Shown here: in pieces, positions 1 through 8,600 of the stretch | Position numbering within the stretch: the first letter of the stretch is position 1 | Layout: each line of letters starts with the position of its first letter | From: Escherichia phage PSD2001 | DNA length: 64,000 nucleotides | Sequence record: OK254198.1 | Direction: 5' to 3' (one strand) | Program-made: the position numbers and the translations under genes | Notes under the pieces: generated by a model | What the model saw: the letters and a program-made list of their open reading frames with translations, nothing else | The model's database searches: none | What the model was told of the DNA's origin: nothing

Positions 1-20
1 TCTCCGTTTGTTTATTTGGT

Positions 21-68
21 AACTCAGTATGGGAACATTATACGTCTATCCCATACTGATGTACACTA
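21..68 (-). promoter_or_regulatory. PeSS-like early promoter cassette (-35 TGTACA, -10 TATAAT bracketed by 11-bp inverted repeat TCAGTATGGGA/TCCCATACTGA); drives a gene beyond the window start
   Basis: Read on minus strand: GTGTACA-17nt-TATAAT with perfect inverted repeat around -10; same module recurs >=13 times in window. Confidence 0.6.
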
Positions 69-71
69 CTT

Positions 72-102
72 TTTAAAATAAAAAAGGACCCCGAAAGGTC
101 CT
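72..102 (-). terminator. Intrinsic terminator (hairpin AGGACC-loop-GGTCCT followed by T-run on minus strand)
   Basis: GC stem 85-90/97-102, A-run on plus = U-run on minus, directly after stop of 109..1119. Confidence 0.7.
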
Positions 103-108
103 TAGAAT

Positions 109-1119
109 TTAACGATAATAGGAATTGTGGTTGTCAAGATATACCTCTTCAACAAACTTGTCCCAGAACTTCATGTCCACCTTCGCAGGCATACCATTCT
201 TAGCTGCCCAGATAGCATTAGTTTCGACTTCATCAACGATAGCTTCAAGTTCGGCCTGTACATCTTTAAAAGCATGAAGCCCTTGTTTGATTTCAAGGAT
301 AAATGGCGCTGTACGTAAAGGATATTGGAGGTCGCCAGTCATATAGATTTCCTTCAGCTGATATCCGGCTCGGTAAGCATGACTCAGGGCTTTCCAGTCA
401 ATACCTTCATTGGCTTCTGCCTTACGAGCACGTTCACCATATTCAGCATCAAGTTTATTCAGAGATTGCTTGAGCTCGATTAAAGACAGGGTAGTTTGGT
501 ACTTACGTCCAAGAACAGTATAGAACGTTTGAGGACCTGTTTTCTCGTGGTTATGGAATACCCATTCACAAAACTCGTTTTCAGGGAGTCTGTGTTTGAT
601 ATCTTCTACCTTAGTGCGACGTTGCTTAGTCGAACCGTCTTCTTGATAATCAACCCACTGTTCAGGAATCTGGTTAACGATTGCCAGTACACCACGTAGA
701 GCGGCCAGTCGAGAACCTTTAACACCATATTTGGAAGCTTGCTTACGGACATACCCCAAATAGGCTTTCATGTTAGTTGTATAGAACCGCGAACGGTTAT
801 CCTGAATAAACTTCCATACATCTGGTAAATCGGATTTGACAACCAGGTCAGCCGGTGTGTGAATCATGTCCAGGGCAACGGTTTCGCCATCGGCTGCCAG
901 TTTAAAGAAATATTTCAGGCTGTAAAGCTCATGGTCAACATCGTCTTTAGTGTTTTTAGAAGCAGTGTTATTCGTGTTCAGGTTGGTATGGTTCATCGCC
1001 GTCCCAAGTAGAATATCACGAGGATGTGGAACAAAGATTTCTTTAAAATCAACATCAGATTCCGGAGTACTTGTTCCATAAAGATGGCTACCGAAGTAGC
1101 CTTTCATAACTGTTCTCAT
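109..1119 (-). CDS. Predicted nucleotidyltransferase-fold protein (Pol-beta superfamily motif)
   Basis: 336 aa ORF; N-terminal 'GSHLYGTSTPESDVDF' fits hG[GS]x(9-13)DhD nucleotidyltransferase signature; family not resolved. Confidence 0.55.
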   Translation of the reverse strand: MRTVMKGYFGSHLYGTSTPESDVDFKEIFVPHPRDILLGTAMNHTNLNTNNTASKNTKDDVDHELYSLKYFFKLAADGETVALDMIHTPADLVVKSDLPDVWKFIQDNRSRFYTTNMKAYLGYVRKQASKYGVKGSRLAALRGVLAIVNQIPEQWVDYQEDGSTKQRRTKVEDIKHRLPENEFCEWVFHNHEKTGPQTFYTVLGRKYQTTLSLIELKQSLNKLDAEYGERARKAEANEGIDWKALSHAYRAGYQLKEIYMTGDLQYPLRTAPFILEIKQGLHAFKDVQAELEAIVDEVETNAIWAAKNGMPAKVDMKFWDKFVEEVYLDNHNSYYR

Positions 1120-1568
1120 TTCTTCGCCTCAAAATGGATTACCGGACACATCTTAGATTTACGAGCTTTAATGTATTGAATAACGATGTTTTCTTTAGTT
1201 TCCTTTCCTTCACGTTTGGCTAGAATACGTTGCCATTCCTTTTCTTCTTTACGTAAATCATACCATGCGTGTAAATTCATTGCACCTAATGCCAAACCAA
1301 TGGATAGCGCAATAATAAGAGCTATTGCAATCAACCCTAAAACAAACCCTAGACTCAACAGAACAGGAGTACTTAATACAAAGAAATGCTCTAATACACT
1401 AACCCCCGCGACAGTTAATCCAAAAACCGTACTACCTGCAACAACAGCACAAACAAAACAAGCCCAAACCATTTTCCAGAAGTAAGCACATAAAGAGTGT
1501 GGTCGAGAATTACGGTCATAAAAACGGTCGTGTAATTTAACGTGCCAAGAGTTTGCATTGATAATCAT
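1116..1568 (-). CDS. Hypothetical integral membrane protein
   Basis: 150 aa ORF with several long hydrophobic segments (e.g. VWACFVCAVVAGSTVFGLTVAGV, LGFVLGLIAIALIIALSIGLALGA); 4-nt start/stop overlap with upstream gene. Confidence 0.55.
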   Translation of the reverse strand: MIINANSWHVKLHDRFYDRNSRPHSLCAYFWKMVWACFVCAVVAGSTVFGLTVAGVSVLEHFFVLSTPVLLSLGFVLGLIAIALIIALSIGLALGAMNLHAWYDLRKEEKEWQRILAKREGKETKENIVIQYIKARKSKMCPVIHFEAKK

Positions 1569-1578
1569 AATATTTTCC

Positions 1579-2139
1579 TTAAGAGTTCATAGTTGGGATA
1601 ACAGAGTTCAGATAAGAGACTAAAACTTTTAGCTCGTCTTTAGTAAATACAACTTCACTTTCACCGTCATGTCTTTGGACAATGGACAACAAGTCACGGC
1701 CGTTATGTTGATGCACAGTCAGTTCAGTATTATAATCTAATTCCTCTTCATCGCCTTCAAACGTTTCGCTAGAGCGAATCAGTGCGTCTTGACCAGGGAC
1801 TTTCCATTCAACTTCTGGCTTGCATTCTTCCTGGAACAGTTTGAAAATACAATCAAAGAATTTATCAGAATCGCTGATGCTCAGACATTTTTCATCTGTT
1901 TCAATATTAAACCCAGCGTCGTGCTTATAAATGCGAGCGCATACATCGTCGGTAATATCAAATACACCACTAAAACTACCGTTAAGATATTCATCTTTAT
2001 CCAAAACCATTAAATCATAAAGTGGTTTAATATCAGCGATAGTCAGTACGATTTTATCGTCTTCTTGACAAAGCTCAATTGCGTTATTAACTACTTCAGC
2101 GGTCAGTTCGCCAAACAATTCAGTTGTTTCAATAATCAT
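1579..2139 (-). CDS. Hypothetical acidic protein
   Basis: 186 aa ORF, tightly packed in minus-strand operon. Confidence 0.55.
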   Translation of the reverse strand: MIIETTELFGELTAEVVNNAIELCQEDDKIVLTIADIKPLYDLMVLDKDEYLNGSFSGVFDITDDVCARIYKHDAGFNIETDEKCLSISDSDKFFDCIFKLFQEECKPEVEWKVPGQDALIRSSETFEGDEEELDYNTELTVHQHNGRDLLSIVQRHDGESEVVFTKDELKVLVSYLNSVIPTMNS

Positions 2140-2149
2140 TTTCTGTTCC

Positions 2150-2440
2150 TCAACGGTTATGTTTTAAAATACTATAAAGCGCTTCTACTTGGCTTGCATC
2201 CAGGTAAATAACATCATCATCTTGCTCAATGGAAATCCCGCCAGTATTACCTTTAACAAAATTACATTCGCACACTTCAACTGGGCGGTATACGTCACCA
2301 ACTGGATGCTCAGGCTCCAGAACAATCACACCATTTTCAGAATTACCACTTGGGTCATATAACATTACAGTTTCCTCGCTAACCATGAAAAGAATAAACC
2401 AATTAAAACAGGCCCTACAGCCATTGTTAACCAAGCCCAA
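2150..2440 (-). CDS. Hypothetical protein
   Basis: 96 aa ORF in operon context. Confidence 0.5.
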   Translation of the reverse strand: MGLVNNGCRACFNWFILFMVSEETVMLYDPSGNSENGVIVLEPEHPVGDVYRPVEVCECNFVKGNTGGISIEQDDDVIYLDASQVEALYSILKHNR

Positions 2441-2456
2441 GGTTCAAGATAGTAAA

Positions 2457-2714
2457 TCATCTCATGCTCCTATGCCAACAGTTTCTTGGCTCACGTTTAA
2501 AAATTTCATCATGCATTGATTGACAACCAACACAATATATCACGCCTTTAATCGCTTGTCTCCGCGCTTCAGGAATTTTTTCGTCGCAGTCAAAACAGAA
2601 TTCAGCAGACTCCCTTTCAACTGCAACTTGCGCTCTCGCATGGGTGATAGTGGCTTGGACAACCGCTTCCATCTCTAACTGTTCAGCACCATCTTTTGCA
2701 AATCCAACAGCCAT
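2457..2714 (-). CDS. TraR/DksA-family C4 zinc-finger protein
   Basis: 85 aa; 'CFDCDEKIPEARRQAIKGVIYCVGCQ' = CxxC-x17-CxxC with EARR spacing typical of TraR/DksA zinc fingers. Confidence 0.6.
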   Translation of the reverse strand: MAVGFAKDGAEQLEMEAVVQATITHARAQVAVERESAEFCFDCDEKIPEARRQAIKGVIYCVGCQSMHDEIFKREPRNCWHRSMR

Positions 2715-2896
2715 TATTCTTTCAACTCATTCAGATACTCAACCAAGGCTGCTTTAGAGTTAGCCAAATCTCGTTTACACTGTTCTATTCCAGAATATGA
2801 ATAACCTTCACAATATTCAACAGCCAGGTCATTGGATGCATTTTCAATGTGCCAGGCGAGTTTGATAATTTTTTCAATCTGTTCAGTAGTTAACAT
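2714..2896 (-). CDS. Hypothetical small protein
   Basis: 60 aa ORF, start/stop abutting neighbours. Confidence 0.45.
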   Translation of the reverse strand: MLTTEQIEKIIKLAWHIENASNDLAVEYCEGYSYSGIEQCKRDLANSKAALVEYLNELKE

Positions 2897-2900
2897 AATA

Positions 2901-3137
2901 TCACCAGTATTTTTTGATGATAGAAATTAATTCTTGGACTTGAGTGTTCTTCAGCTTGCACCCACAACCCTTTAAGGTGTCTTTAAGGAGCCATGGTTCC
3001 TTGAGCTCATCCTTTTCCAGGCGAATTCTATATCCTCTGTAATCAGCAAATATGCTTCCGTCATCAAATATCTTAATTTCAAGAATATGATTATTGGTTT
3101 CATATTCCAATGAAACCATGGTATTTGTAAGTTTCAT
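2901..3137 (-). CDS. Hypothetical small protein
   Basis: 78 aa ORF. Confidence 0.5.
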   Translation of the reverse strand: MKLTNTMVSLEYETNNHILEIKIFDDGSIFADYRGYRIRLEKDELKEPWLLKDTLKGCGCKLKNTQVQELISIIKKYW

Positions 3138-3340
3138 TATTCCACCACATATGATAATGAGAAAATTGCTGATGAAAGATGGGTAGCATCTTCTTCACAC
3201 AGTTCAAATGGAGCTTTCTGTAAGAGTTCAACCACTTCTTCATCAGTGGCACTGTCCATAAAGATTGCATAATCATTAAGATAGATAACAACCTCATCAC
3301 CAGTATTAACTGCATCAATCTTGATATTTTTAATTCTCAT
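3137..3340 (-). CDS. Hypothetical small acidic protein
   Basis: 67 aa ORF immediately downstream of a PeSS-like promoter with SD GAGGAG. Confidence 0.5.
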   Translation of the reverse strand: MRIKNIKIDAVNTGDEVVIYLNDYAIFMDSATDEEVVELLQKAPFELCEEDATHLSSAIFSLSYVVE

Positions 3341-3347
3341 TGTGTTC

Positions 3348-3398
3348 TCCTCAGTAGTTGATGGGATAATAGTACACCCTTTTTATGGTGTTGTAAAC
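3348..3398 (-). promoter_or_regulatory. PeSS-like early promoter cassette (-35 GTTTACA, -10 TACTAT, TATCCCATCAACTACTGAGGAG arm)
   Basis: Minus-strand read GTTTACA-17nt-TACTAT-TATCCCATCAACTACTGAGGAG; shares the GATGGGATA/TATCCCATC module with other copies. Confidence 0.55.
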
Positions 3399-3440
3399 CC
3401 CTAAATGAAAAAAGGTCCACCCGAAGGCAGACCTTTTGAA

Positions 3441-3824
3441 TTACTCTAATGTTAACAGATACTTAGTCTGAAAGAAAACTCCAACGATATCGTCCAGAGT
3501 CGATTGAATAGCCTTGGGTACAACTTTATAGACTCTTTCCGAGCTTTTAATCATTTCATCTAAAAACAAAATTGTATCTTTCGGCAAGTCCGAGGCGGAC
3601 GGTAATGCAGCTTTGTATTGTTTCCCGCTGTAACCTAACCATTGCTCACTGAACTGGTCGAGTGGACCTTGGATTTCTGTGAAGTAGAAATCATAAGCTT
3701 TATGGCGGGCGTAACTTTTGGTTTCAAGATGGGCGGACTTAAAATAAGCCAAAGAGACTAACAACCACCCAATATATGAATCCACCTCAGACCCACGACC
3801 CGTTACGAAATCATCAAATTTCAT
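3441..3824 (-). CDS. Hypothetical protein (position of T4 rI.-1)
   Basis: 127 aa ORF directly downstream of rI-like gene. Confidence 0.55.
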   Translation of the reverse strand: MKFDDFVTGRGSEVDSYIGWLLVSLAYFKSAHLETKSYARHKAYDFYFTEIQGPLDQFSEQWLGYSGKQYKAALPSASDLPKDTILFLDEMIKSSERVYKVVPKAIQSTLDDIVGVFFQTKYLLTLE

Positions 3825-4107
3825 CTTCCAATTTTACCTTCATTAATTTAGCGTACTCGACTGCAGCAGCCCGGCCATCAATTTGACATGTGATTTCATT
3901 TACACATTGACTCTTATTGTTCCATTCAGTTTTAATAAAAGCCCAAAATTGTTCGGACTGCTCGACGCTGGGTTCTTTGAATTGCGAATAGATTTGCATC
4001 GCACTATCTGCATACTGGGTAAATTTACCATCTGTAGCAGAGGACATATTTGGGCCTAAACAGCCCATTAGTAATAGACTTAGAGAAAGTCCTCGAATAA
4101 GGTCCAT
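3814..4107 (-). CDS. rI: Lysis-inhibition regulator RI-like (antiholin), signal-anchored
   Basis: 97 aa from internal ATG with SD AAGGAG; hydrophobic N-term; C-terminal 'SVEQSEQFWAF...EYAKLMKVKLE' resembles T4 RI as recalled; sits next to tk as in T4. Confidence 0.7.
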   Translation of the reverse strand: MDLIRGLSLSLLLMGCLGPNMSSATDGKFTQYADSAMQIYSQFKEPSVEQSEQFWAFIKTEWNNKSQCVNEITCQIDGRAAAVEYAKLMKVKLEDEI

Positions 4108-4181
4108 AAAGGACTCCTTATTGTTGGTCATGATTACGCTTTGCAGCCTTAACATAGCGGAATACTAGTTAGTAACTGTAT

Positions 4182-4457
4182 TTATAATCTTTTAAATTTG
4201 AAACAATACATTGCAAATAAATCAGAAAAATGTCTATCAACCCATATTCTTTGCACTGGACTAGTAACAGTCAGCATATAATGTGATTTTTGTAAATTTA
4301 TTCCATTTTTATTTGGGCATTCTTTATTAACAGAATGATACGTGCTTGCTACTATTTCAATTTCCCTTTCATATCTCTCGCTATCTGTTTGTGTGGGGAT
4401 AAATGCAATCCCGGCAATAACAAAAATAGAGATATACGCCCAAATCTTATATATCAT
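4182..4457 (-). CDS. Hypothetical membrane-anchored protein
   Basis: 91 aa; N-terminal TM segment 'IWAYISIFVIAGIAFIP'. Confidence 0.5.
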   Translation of the reverse strand: MIYKIWAYISIFVIAGIAFIPTQTDSERYEREIEIVASTYHSVNKECPNKNGINLQKSHYMLTVTSPVQRIWVDRHFSDLFAMYCFKFKRL

Positions 4458-4464
4458 AAGGACC

Positions 4465-5037
4465 TCAGCTTGTCAATTCGAGCCAATGTTTCCTGCATAA
4501 AGATACGTACGATTCATTCCCACCGACCAATACTTGCTCGCCGTCCTTCACAGCAGCACCGTCGATTACTCGAGTGGTCATGGTTGCTTTCCGGCCGCAA
4601 TGACAGACGCCCTTTAATTCAACCAGTTTATCCGAAATAGCCAGAAGTCTGGCCGAACCGGGAAATAATTGACCCCGAAAATCTGTTCTTAACCCGTAAC
4701 ACATAACGGGGATATTGTAATTATCGACCACTTGAGCTAACTGGTCAATTTGCTCTGGTAACAAAAATTGAGCTTCATCGACCAGGACACAATGGATATC
4801 CTTTTGAGACTCGGCCCATTTATAGAATTCAAACAGGTTCATGTCGGCCGTTACCAGGTTTGCTTCCTGGCTAATACCGATGCGTGATTTAATTTCGCCT
4901 TCCGAGTCCCGATTATCAATAACAGGTTTTAGCAAAAGCACACTCATTCCACGCTCTTTATAGGAATAAGCTGCAGTCAGCAATGAAGCTGTTTTGCCTG
5001 CATTCATTGCTGCGTAATGATAAATTAAACTCGCCAT
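4465..5037 (-). CDS. tk: Thymidine kinase
   Basis: 190 aa; P-loop 'AAMNAGKTASLL', 'VLVDEAQF', C-terminal Cys cluster 'CHCGRKAT...SLCRKH' typical of type II thymidine kinases. Confidence 0.95.
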   Translation of the reverse strand: MASLIYHYAAMNAGKTASLLTAAYSYKERGMSVLLLKPVIDNRDSEGEIKSRIGISQEANLVTADMNLFEFYKWAESQKDIHCVLVDEAQFLLPEQIDQLAQVVDNYNIPVMCYGLRTDFRGQLFPGSARLLAISDKLVELKGVCHCGRKATMTTRVIDGAAVKDGEQVLVGGNESYVSLCRKHWLELTS

Positions 5038-5046
5038 ATCACCTTC

Positions 5047-5232
5047 TTATTCTGTAATACTTTCCAGATAATTTTCTAAATCGTCTGAAGCCTTATTAAG
5101 GGCTTCTAGCGCTTTATAATAGTCTTCACGGGAGTAATATTCTGTATGAAGTTCTTCGTCGTATTCGCTTTTAGCATCAACAACAGTTTCAATCATATCC
5201 AGAATTTTATTTTTCTGTTCTTTAGTAATCAT
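5047..5232 (-). CDS. Hypothetical small acidic protein (tandem paralog 1)
   Basis: 61 aa; N-term 'TKEQKNKILDMIE' parallels 'SKEQKDKLFELIHE' of next gene. Confidence 0.5.
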   Translation of the reverse strand: MITKEQKNKILDMIETVVDAKSEYDEELHTEYYSREDYYKALEALNKASDDLENYLESITE

Positions 5233-5240
5233 AATATACC

Positions 5241-5426
5241 TTAAAGAGTATTCACATAAGCAATTAATTTGTTTTCTTTCTCATCAAACCGATTAGCAAA
5301 TTCTTCCTGATGTTCGGCATCTATCGGGCCATATTCATCATAAAAAGCGTTTGCTTCCGTATGCTCATCCAAAAGCTCATGAATAAGCTCAAACAATTTA
5401 TCTTTTTGTTCTTTACTTAGGCTCAT
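5241..5426 (-). CDS. Hypothetical small acidic protein (tandem paralog 2)
   Basis: 61 aa from internal ATG preceded by SD AAAGGTG. Confidence 0.5.
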   Translation of the reverse strand: MSLSKEQKDKLFELIHELLDEHTEANAFYDEYGPIDAEHQEEFANRFDEKENKLIAYVNTL

Positions 5427-5635
5427 AACCATTGCACCTTTAAACAATATTCATCTACGTGTTGGACACGTTTGTTTTTGTCAATAAAAGTATATTCAAC
5501 ATACTCGCCGATATACCACTTATCTACATTGTGAGGACTTTTTATAGGACACTTGGTTACCCGTGTTTCGGACCAGTGTCGAATAATTGTAGCTTTATTT
5601 TTAGGGTCAAACGGATGTGGGTAATGTGCTTTCAT
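5423..5635 (-). CDS. Hypothetical protein
   Basis: 70 aa ORF, overlaps neighbours by a few nt. Confidence 0.5.
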   Translation of the reverse strand: MKAHYPHPFDPKNKATIIRHWSETRVTKCPIKSPHNVDKWYIGEYVEYTFIDKNKRVQHVDEYCLKVQWL

Positions 5636-6086
5636 AATCCACCACTATCAAATCAATATCAGGAGTAAACATATCAATTAACCGGGAAACCTTATCCCAA
5701 TCACCACCTGCAATACCACATCCAATCCTGGGAATATAAATCACGGGCTTGAACAAAAGTGATTCTGCTTGTCGATTTAATTCTATCATGCAATTTACTA
5801 AAGCGCCATAATCCAGATTTGGACCCGGTTCATACTGTGTATAAAGGTTATAGCACATACCAAATCCAGTTGGCTTATGTTTAAAAACGATAGACATATC
5901 ACCGAGTTTTTCTCGGGAACCGTATTCAGTTGATGTCTTATCCATTTCTAAAATTTTTGGGTAAGCCTTTGCCAGTTGGCCAGCGACGCCTGAACCCATT
6001 GTGTGAAAGCAGTTGCAACCATGTGCAATAATATTGCCTTGAAGAAAGAGGGCGACGATATCGCCCTTAATATAGTTAACAATCAT
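5607..6086 (-). CDS. Macro-domain protein (putative ADP-ribose binding/processing)
   Basis: 159 aa; 'GDIVA...AHGCNCFHTMGSGVAGQLAKAYP' and 'IPRIGCGIAGGDW' match the two glycine-rich macro-domain motifs. Confidence 0.65.
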   Translation of the reverse strand: MIVNYIKGDIVALFLQGNIIAHGCNCFHTMGSGVAGQLAKAYPKILEMDKTSTEYGSREKLGDMSIVFKHKPTGFGMCYNLYTQYEPGPNLDYGALVNCMIELNRQAESLLFKPVIYIPRIGCGIAGGDWDKVSRLIDMFTPDIDLIVVDYESTLPTSV

Positions 6087-6442
6087 TTAGAGTTCAATCC
6101 TCTGTTATAGGAATCGACTAACCTGTCCACCATACTGGTGCAGGCCGCCTTATATTTTGCACTTGATAAAATGCAATCCATTTCAAATAATTTCTTTTCA
6201 TATTTGTTGGATAATACATTCTTTTTCAAAAGCGTATGTTCAACATCATTTTGACCATCTTTATAGGCTGCGGTGAGCTTGGCACTGAACTGGATTATAC
6301 AATCCACATTGCTTGCTGCACAATAATCTTTAGCCGTCCTCGTTGCATATTCTATGATGCTGTTGTTGTCGTCGCTCTGTACTGAAGCTATTCCTCCCAT
6401 GCTGAATACTAACCCTATGGCTAAAGTGATAACTCTTACCAT
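6083..6442 (-). CDS. Hypothetical secreted protein
   Basis: 119 aa; N-terminal signal peptide 'MVRVITLAIGLVFSMGGIASVQS'; four Cys. Confidence 0.55.
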   Translation of the reverse strand: MVRVITLAIGLVFSMGGIASVQSDDNNSIIEYATRTAKDYCAASNVDCIIQFSAKLTAAYKDGQNDVEHTLLKKNVLSNKYEKKLFEMDCILSSAKYKAACTSMVDRLVDSYNRGLNSK

Positions 6443-6444
6443 TT

Positions 6445-6987
6445 TTAATCCACCGTTTTTAATAGGCCTCGTGATTTTAAGTAGTTAGCTTTTTCTAGGA
6501 CCTGTGAAGCATACTTATTACCAGCTTTCACATTCCACCCTGCGTTATATGATGATAGTGTTTTCCTTATATCCCCCTTATGAATATTCAACCAGTATGA
6601 AAGCTCAATATAAGCCCAGCGTGCACTGTTCTCTCTCTTGCTTATCATCTTGATTATTTCTTTATCTGTCATTGTCCACCCAACCTGTTTCACGCGTTCG
6701 CGGACGGTTGGAAGATAATTTTGGAATATACCATATGCGTGATGCTTATCTTTATTTAATCCAGTATTAACCCCAGCAGAACTTTCCTGCCAGGTTAAAC
6801 CAGCCATGATATATCCCAAACCATTATGTTGGTGCGGATTTTCTTTGTACTTACCATTTTTCTGGAACTGTTCTCCAAACGCATAAGCATATTGGAGGTT
6901 CTCCATTTGTTCATTACTGAAAGTAGGCTCTACGCTATGGGCAGACATACTAACTGTCAATAGTAAGGTGGCGATTACTTTTTTCAT
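6445..6987 (-). CDS. Secreted lytic transglycosylase-like protein (SLT/lysozyme-like domain)
   Basis: 180 aa; signal peptide 'MKKVIATLLLTVSMSAHS'; 'TWQESSAG...AYGIFQ' matches SLT catalytic E-S ... A-x-G-hh-Q motif. Confidence 0.65.
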   Translation of the reverse strand: MKKVIATLLLTVSMSAHSVEPTFSNEQMENLQYAYAFGEQFQKNGKYKENPHQHNGLGYIMAGLTWQESSAGVNTGLNKDKHHAYGIFQNYLPTVRERVKQVGWTMTDKEIIKMISKRENSARWAYIELSYWLNIHKGDIRKTLSSYNAGWNVKAGNKYASQVLEKANYLKSRGLLKTVD

Positions 6988-6997
6988 GAATTCCCCA

Positions 6998-7456
6998 TTA
7001 GATATAAATCACTTTTGTGCTAATTTTTCCTTCCAGACGATTAGAGTTAACAAACGCCATACGGCAACACATGGTCGGAGACTTCCCAGGAAGAGCTGGG
7101 TTAACTGTCATTCCTAACCATAGGTTCTTGTCTGTGATTTCCAGACGAAGTGGACGATAGTTCACATTCGGGTCAATTTGTGCTTCAACTTCCGGGAGTG
7201 GTTTCATCTCCAGGAATTCAACGATTTCTTTTACATGTGGTGTGATTTTTCCAAACAAATCAAAAACATATTGTTCATCAATTTCACGTTGGATTGCACG
7301 GTCCAACAGGTGTGGACTGTACTTAATGAAGAATGCTTCAAGGCCTGCTTCTTTACAAGCCTTGTTGATAGCATTATTAATTTTGAGGAACTCCGTTTCA
7401 AAAATGCGACGAAGTTTATTGCGGCGAATGTAAACACTTGAATCGATAGTAGTCAT
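6998..7456 (-). CDS. regB: RegB-like endoribonuclease
   Basis: 152 aa from ATG with SD AAGGAG; 'IRRNKLRRIFETEF...KYSPHLLDRAIQREIDEQYVFDLF...LRLEITDKNLWLG' closely parallels T4 RegB as recalled. Confidence 0.85.
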   Translation of the reverse strand: MTTIDSSVYIRRNKLRRIFETEFLKINNAINKACKEAGLEAFFIKYSPHLLDRAIQREIDEQYVFDLFGKITPHVKEIVEFLEMKPLPEVEAQIDPNVNYRPLRLEITDKNLWLGMTVNPALPGKSPTMCCRMAFVNSNRLEGKISTKVIYI

Positions 7457-7461
7457 GATTA

Positions 7462-7512
7462 TCTCCTTTTGTTTGATGGGATAATCATAACTCATTTCAA
7501 TCTGCTTGTACA

Positions 7513-7514
<2 letters not shown>
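7462..7514 (-). promoter_or_regulatory. PeSS-like early promoter (-35 GTGTACA, -10 TATGAT, TATCCCATC arm)
   Basis: Minus-strand read GTGTACAAGCAGATTGAAATGAGTTATGATTATCCCATCAAAC upstream of regB start. Confidence 0.55.
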
Positions 7515-8092
<578 letters not shown>

Positions 8093-8096
<4 letters not shown>

Positions 8097-8326
8097 TTCA
8101 CTTCCTCGCCAGTTGCGATATCATATTCTACCAAACGAAGGCCTTCAGTCCAACCTTGCACGGAGATATAGGTAGACGGGTAAATCATTTCTTTACCATT
8201 CCACCGACCGCCATCCCAGACTTCCAGAAAGTCTTGTTCACCTGGTCCATTAAACCATTCAACAAATCTTTTCAGAGCTTCATCAGAGCCTTCAATTGTC
8301 AATTTAGACATATTTTTTCCAGTCAC
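8093..8326 (-). CDS. Hypothetical protein
   Basis: 77 aa ORF. Confidence 0.45.
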
Positions 8327-8600
8327 TAATTAATCGCACATCCTGGTCATAGGTCAGGAGGCTACGAGTGATAATACCCTTACACGGTCCAGAAATAAAT
8401 TCCAGAGTAAAGTAAGGAACCTGTTTCATTAATCGGATGCTTGGCGCATGGCATCTAAAACGAGAGCCCTTAAAGGGCCCTGTCATGAATACATATTCTA
8501 ATGGATAGAAATAAGCATATTCGAAATTTGTAGTAAGGTCCTCTCTTCGGACCTTACGTGAGAAATAACAGAACTCAAAAAGTTCTTCATCAGTCATCAT
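8304..8600 (-). CDS. Hypothetical protein
   Basis: 98 aa ORF. Confidence 0.5.
   Translation of the reverse strand: MMTDEELFEFCYFSRKVRREDLTTNFEYAYFYPLEYVFMTGPFKGSRFRCHAPSIRLMKQVPYFTLEFISGPCKGIITRSLLTYDQDVRLISDWKKYV

Noticed and set aside
3100-3318. 72-aa ORF overlapping 3137..3340 in another frame (also 12732..12971, 22457..22639)
   Set aside because: Fully nested in better-supported genes; hydrophobic low-complexity translation without start context.
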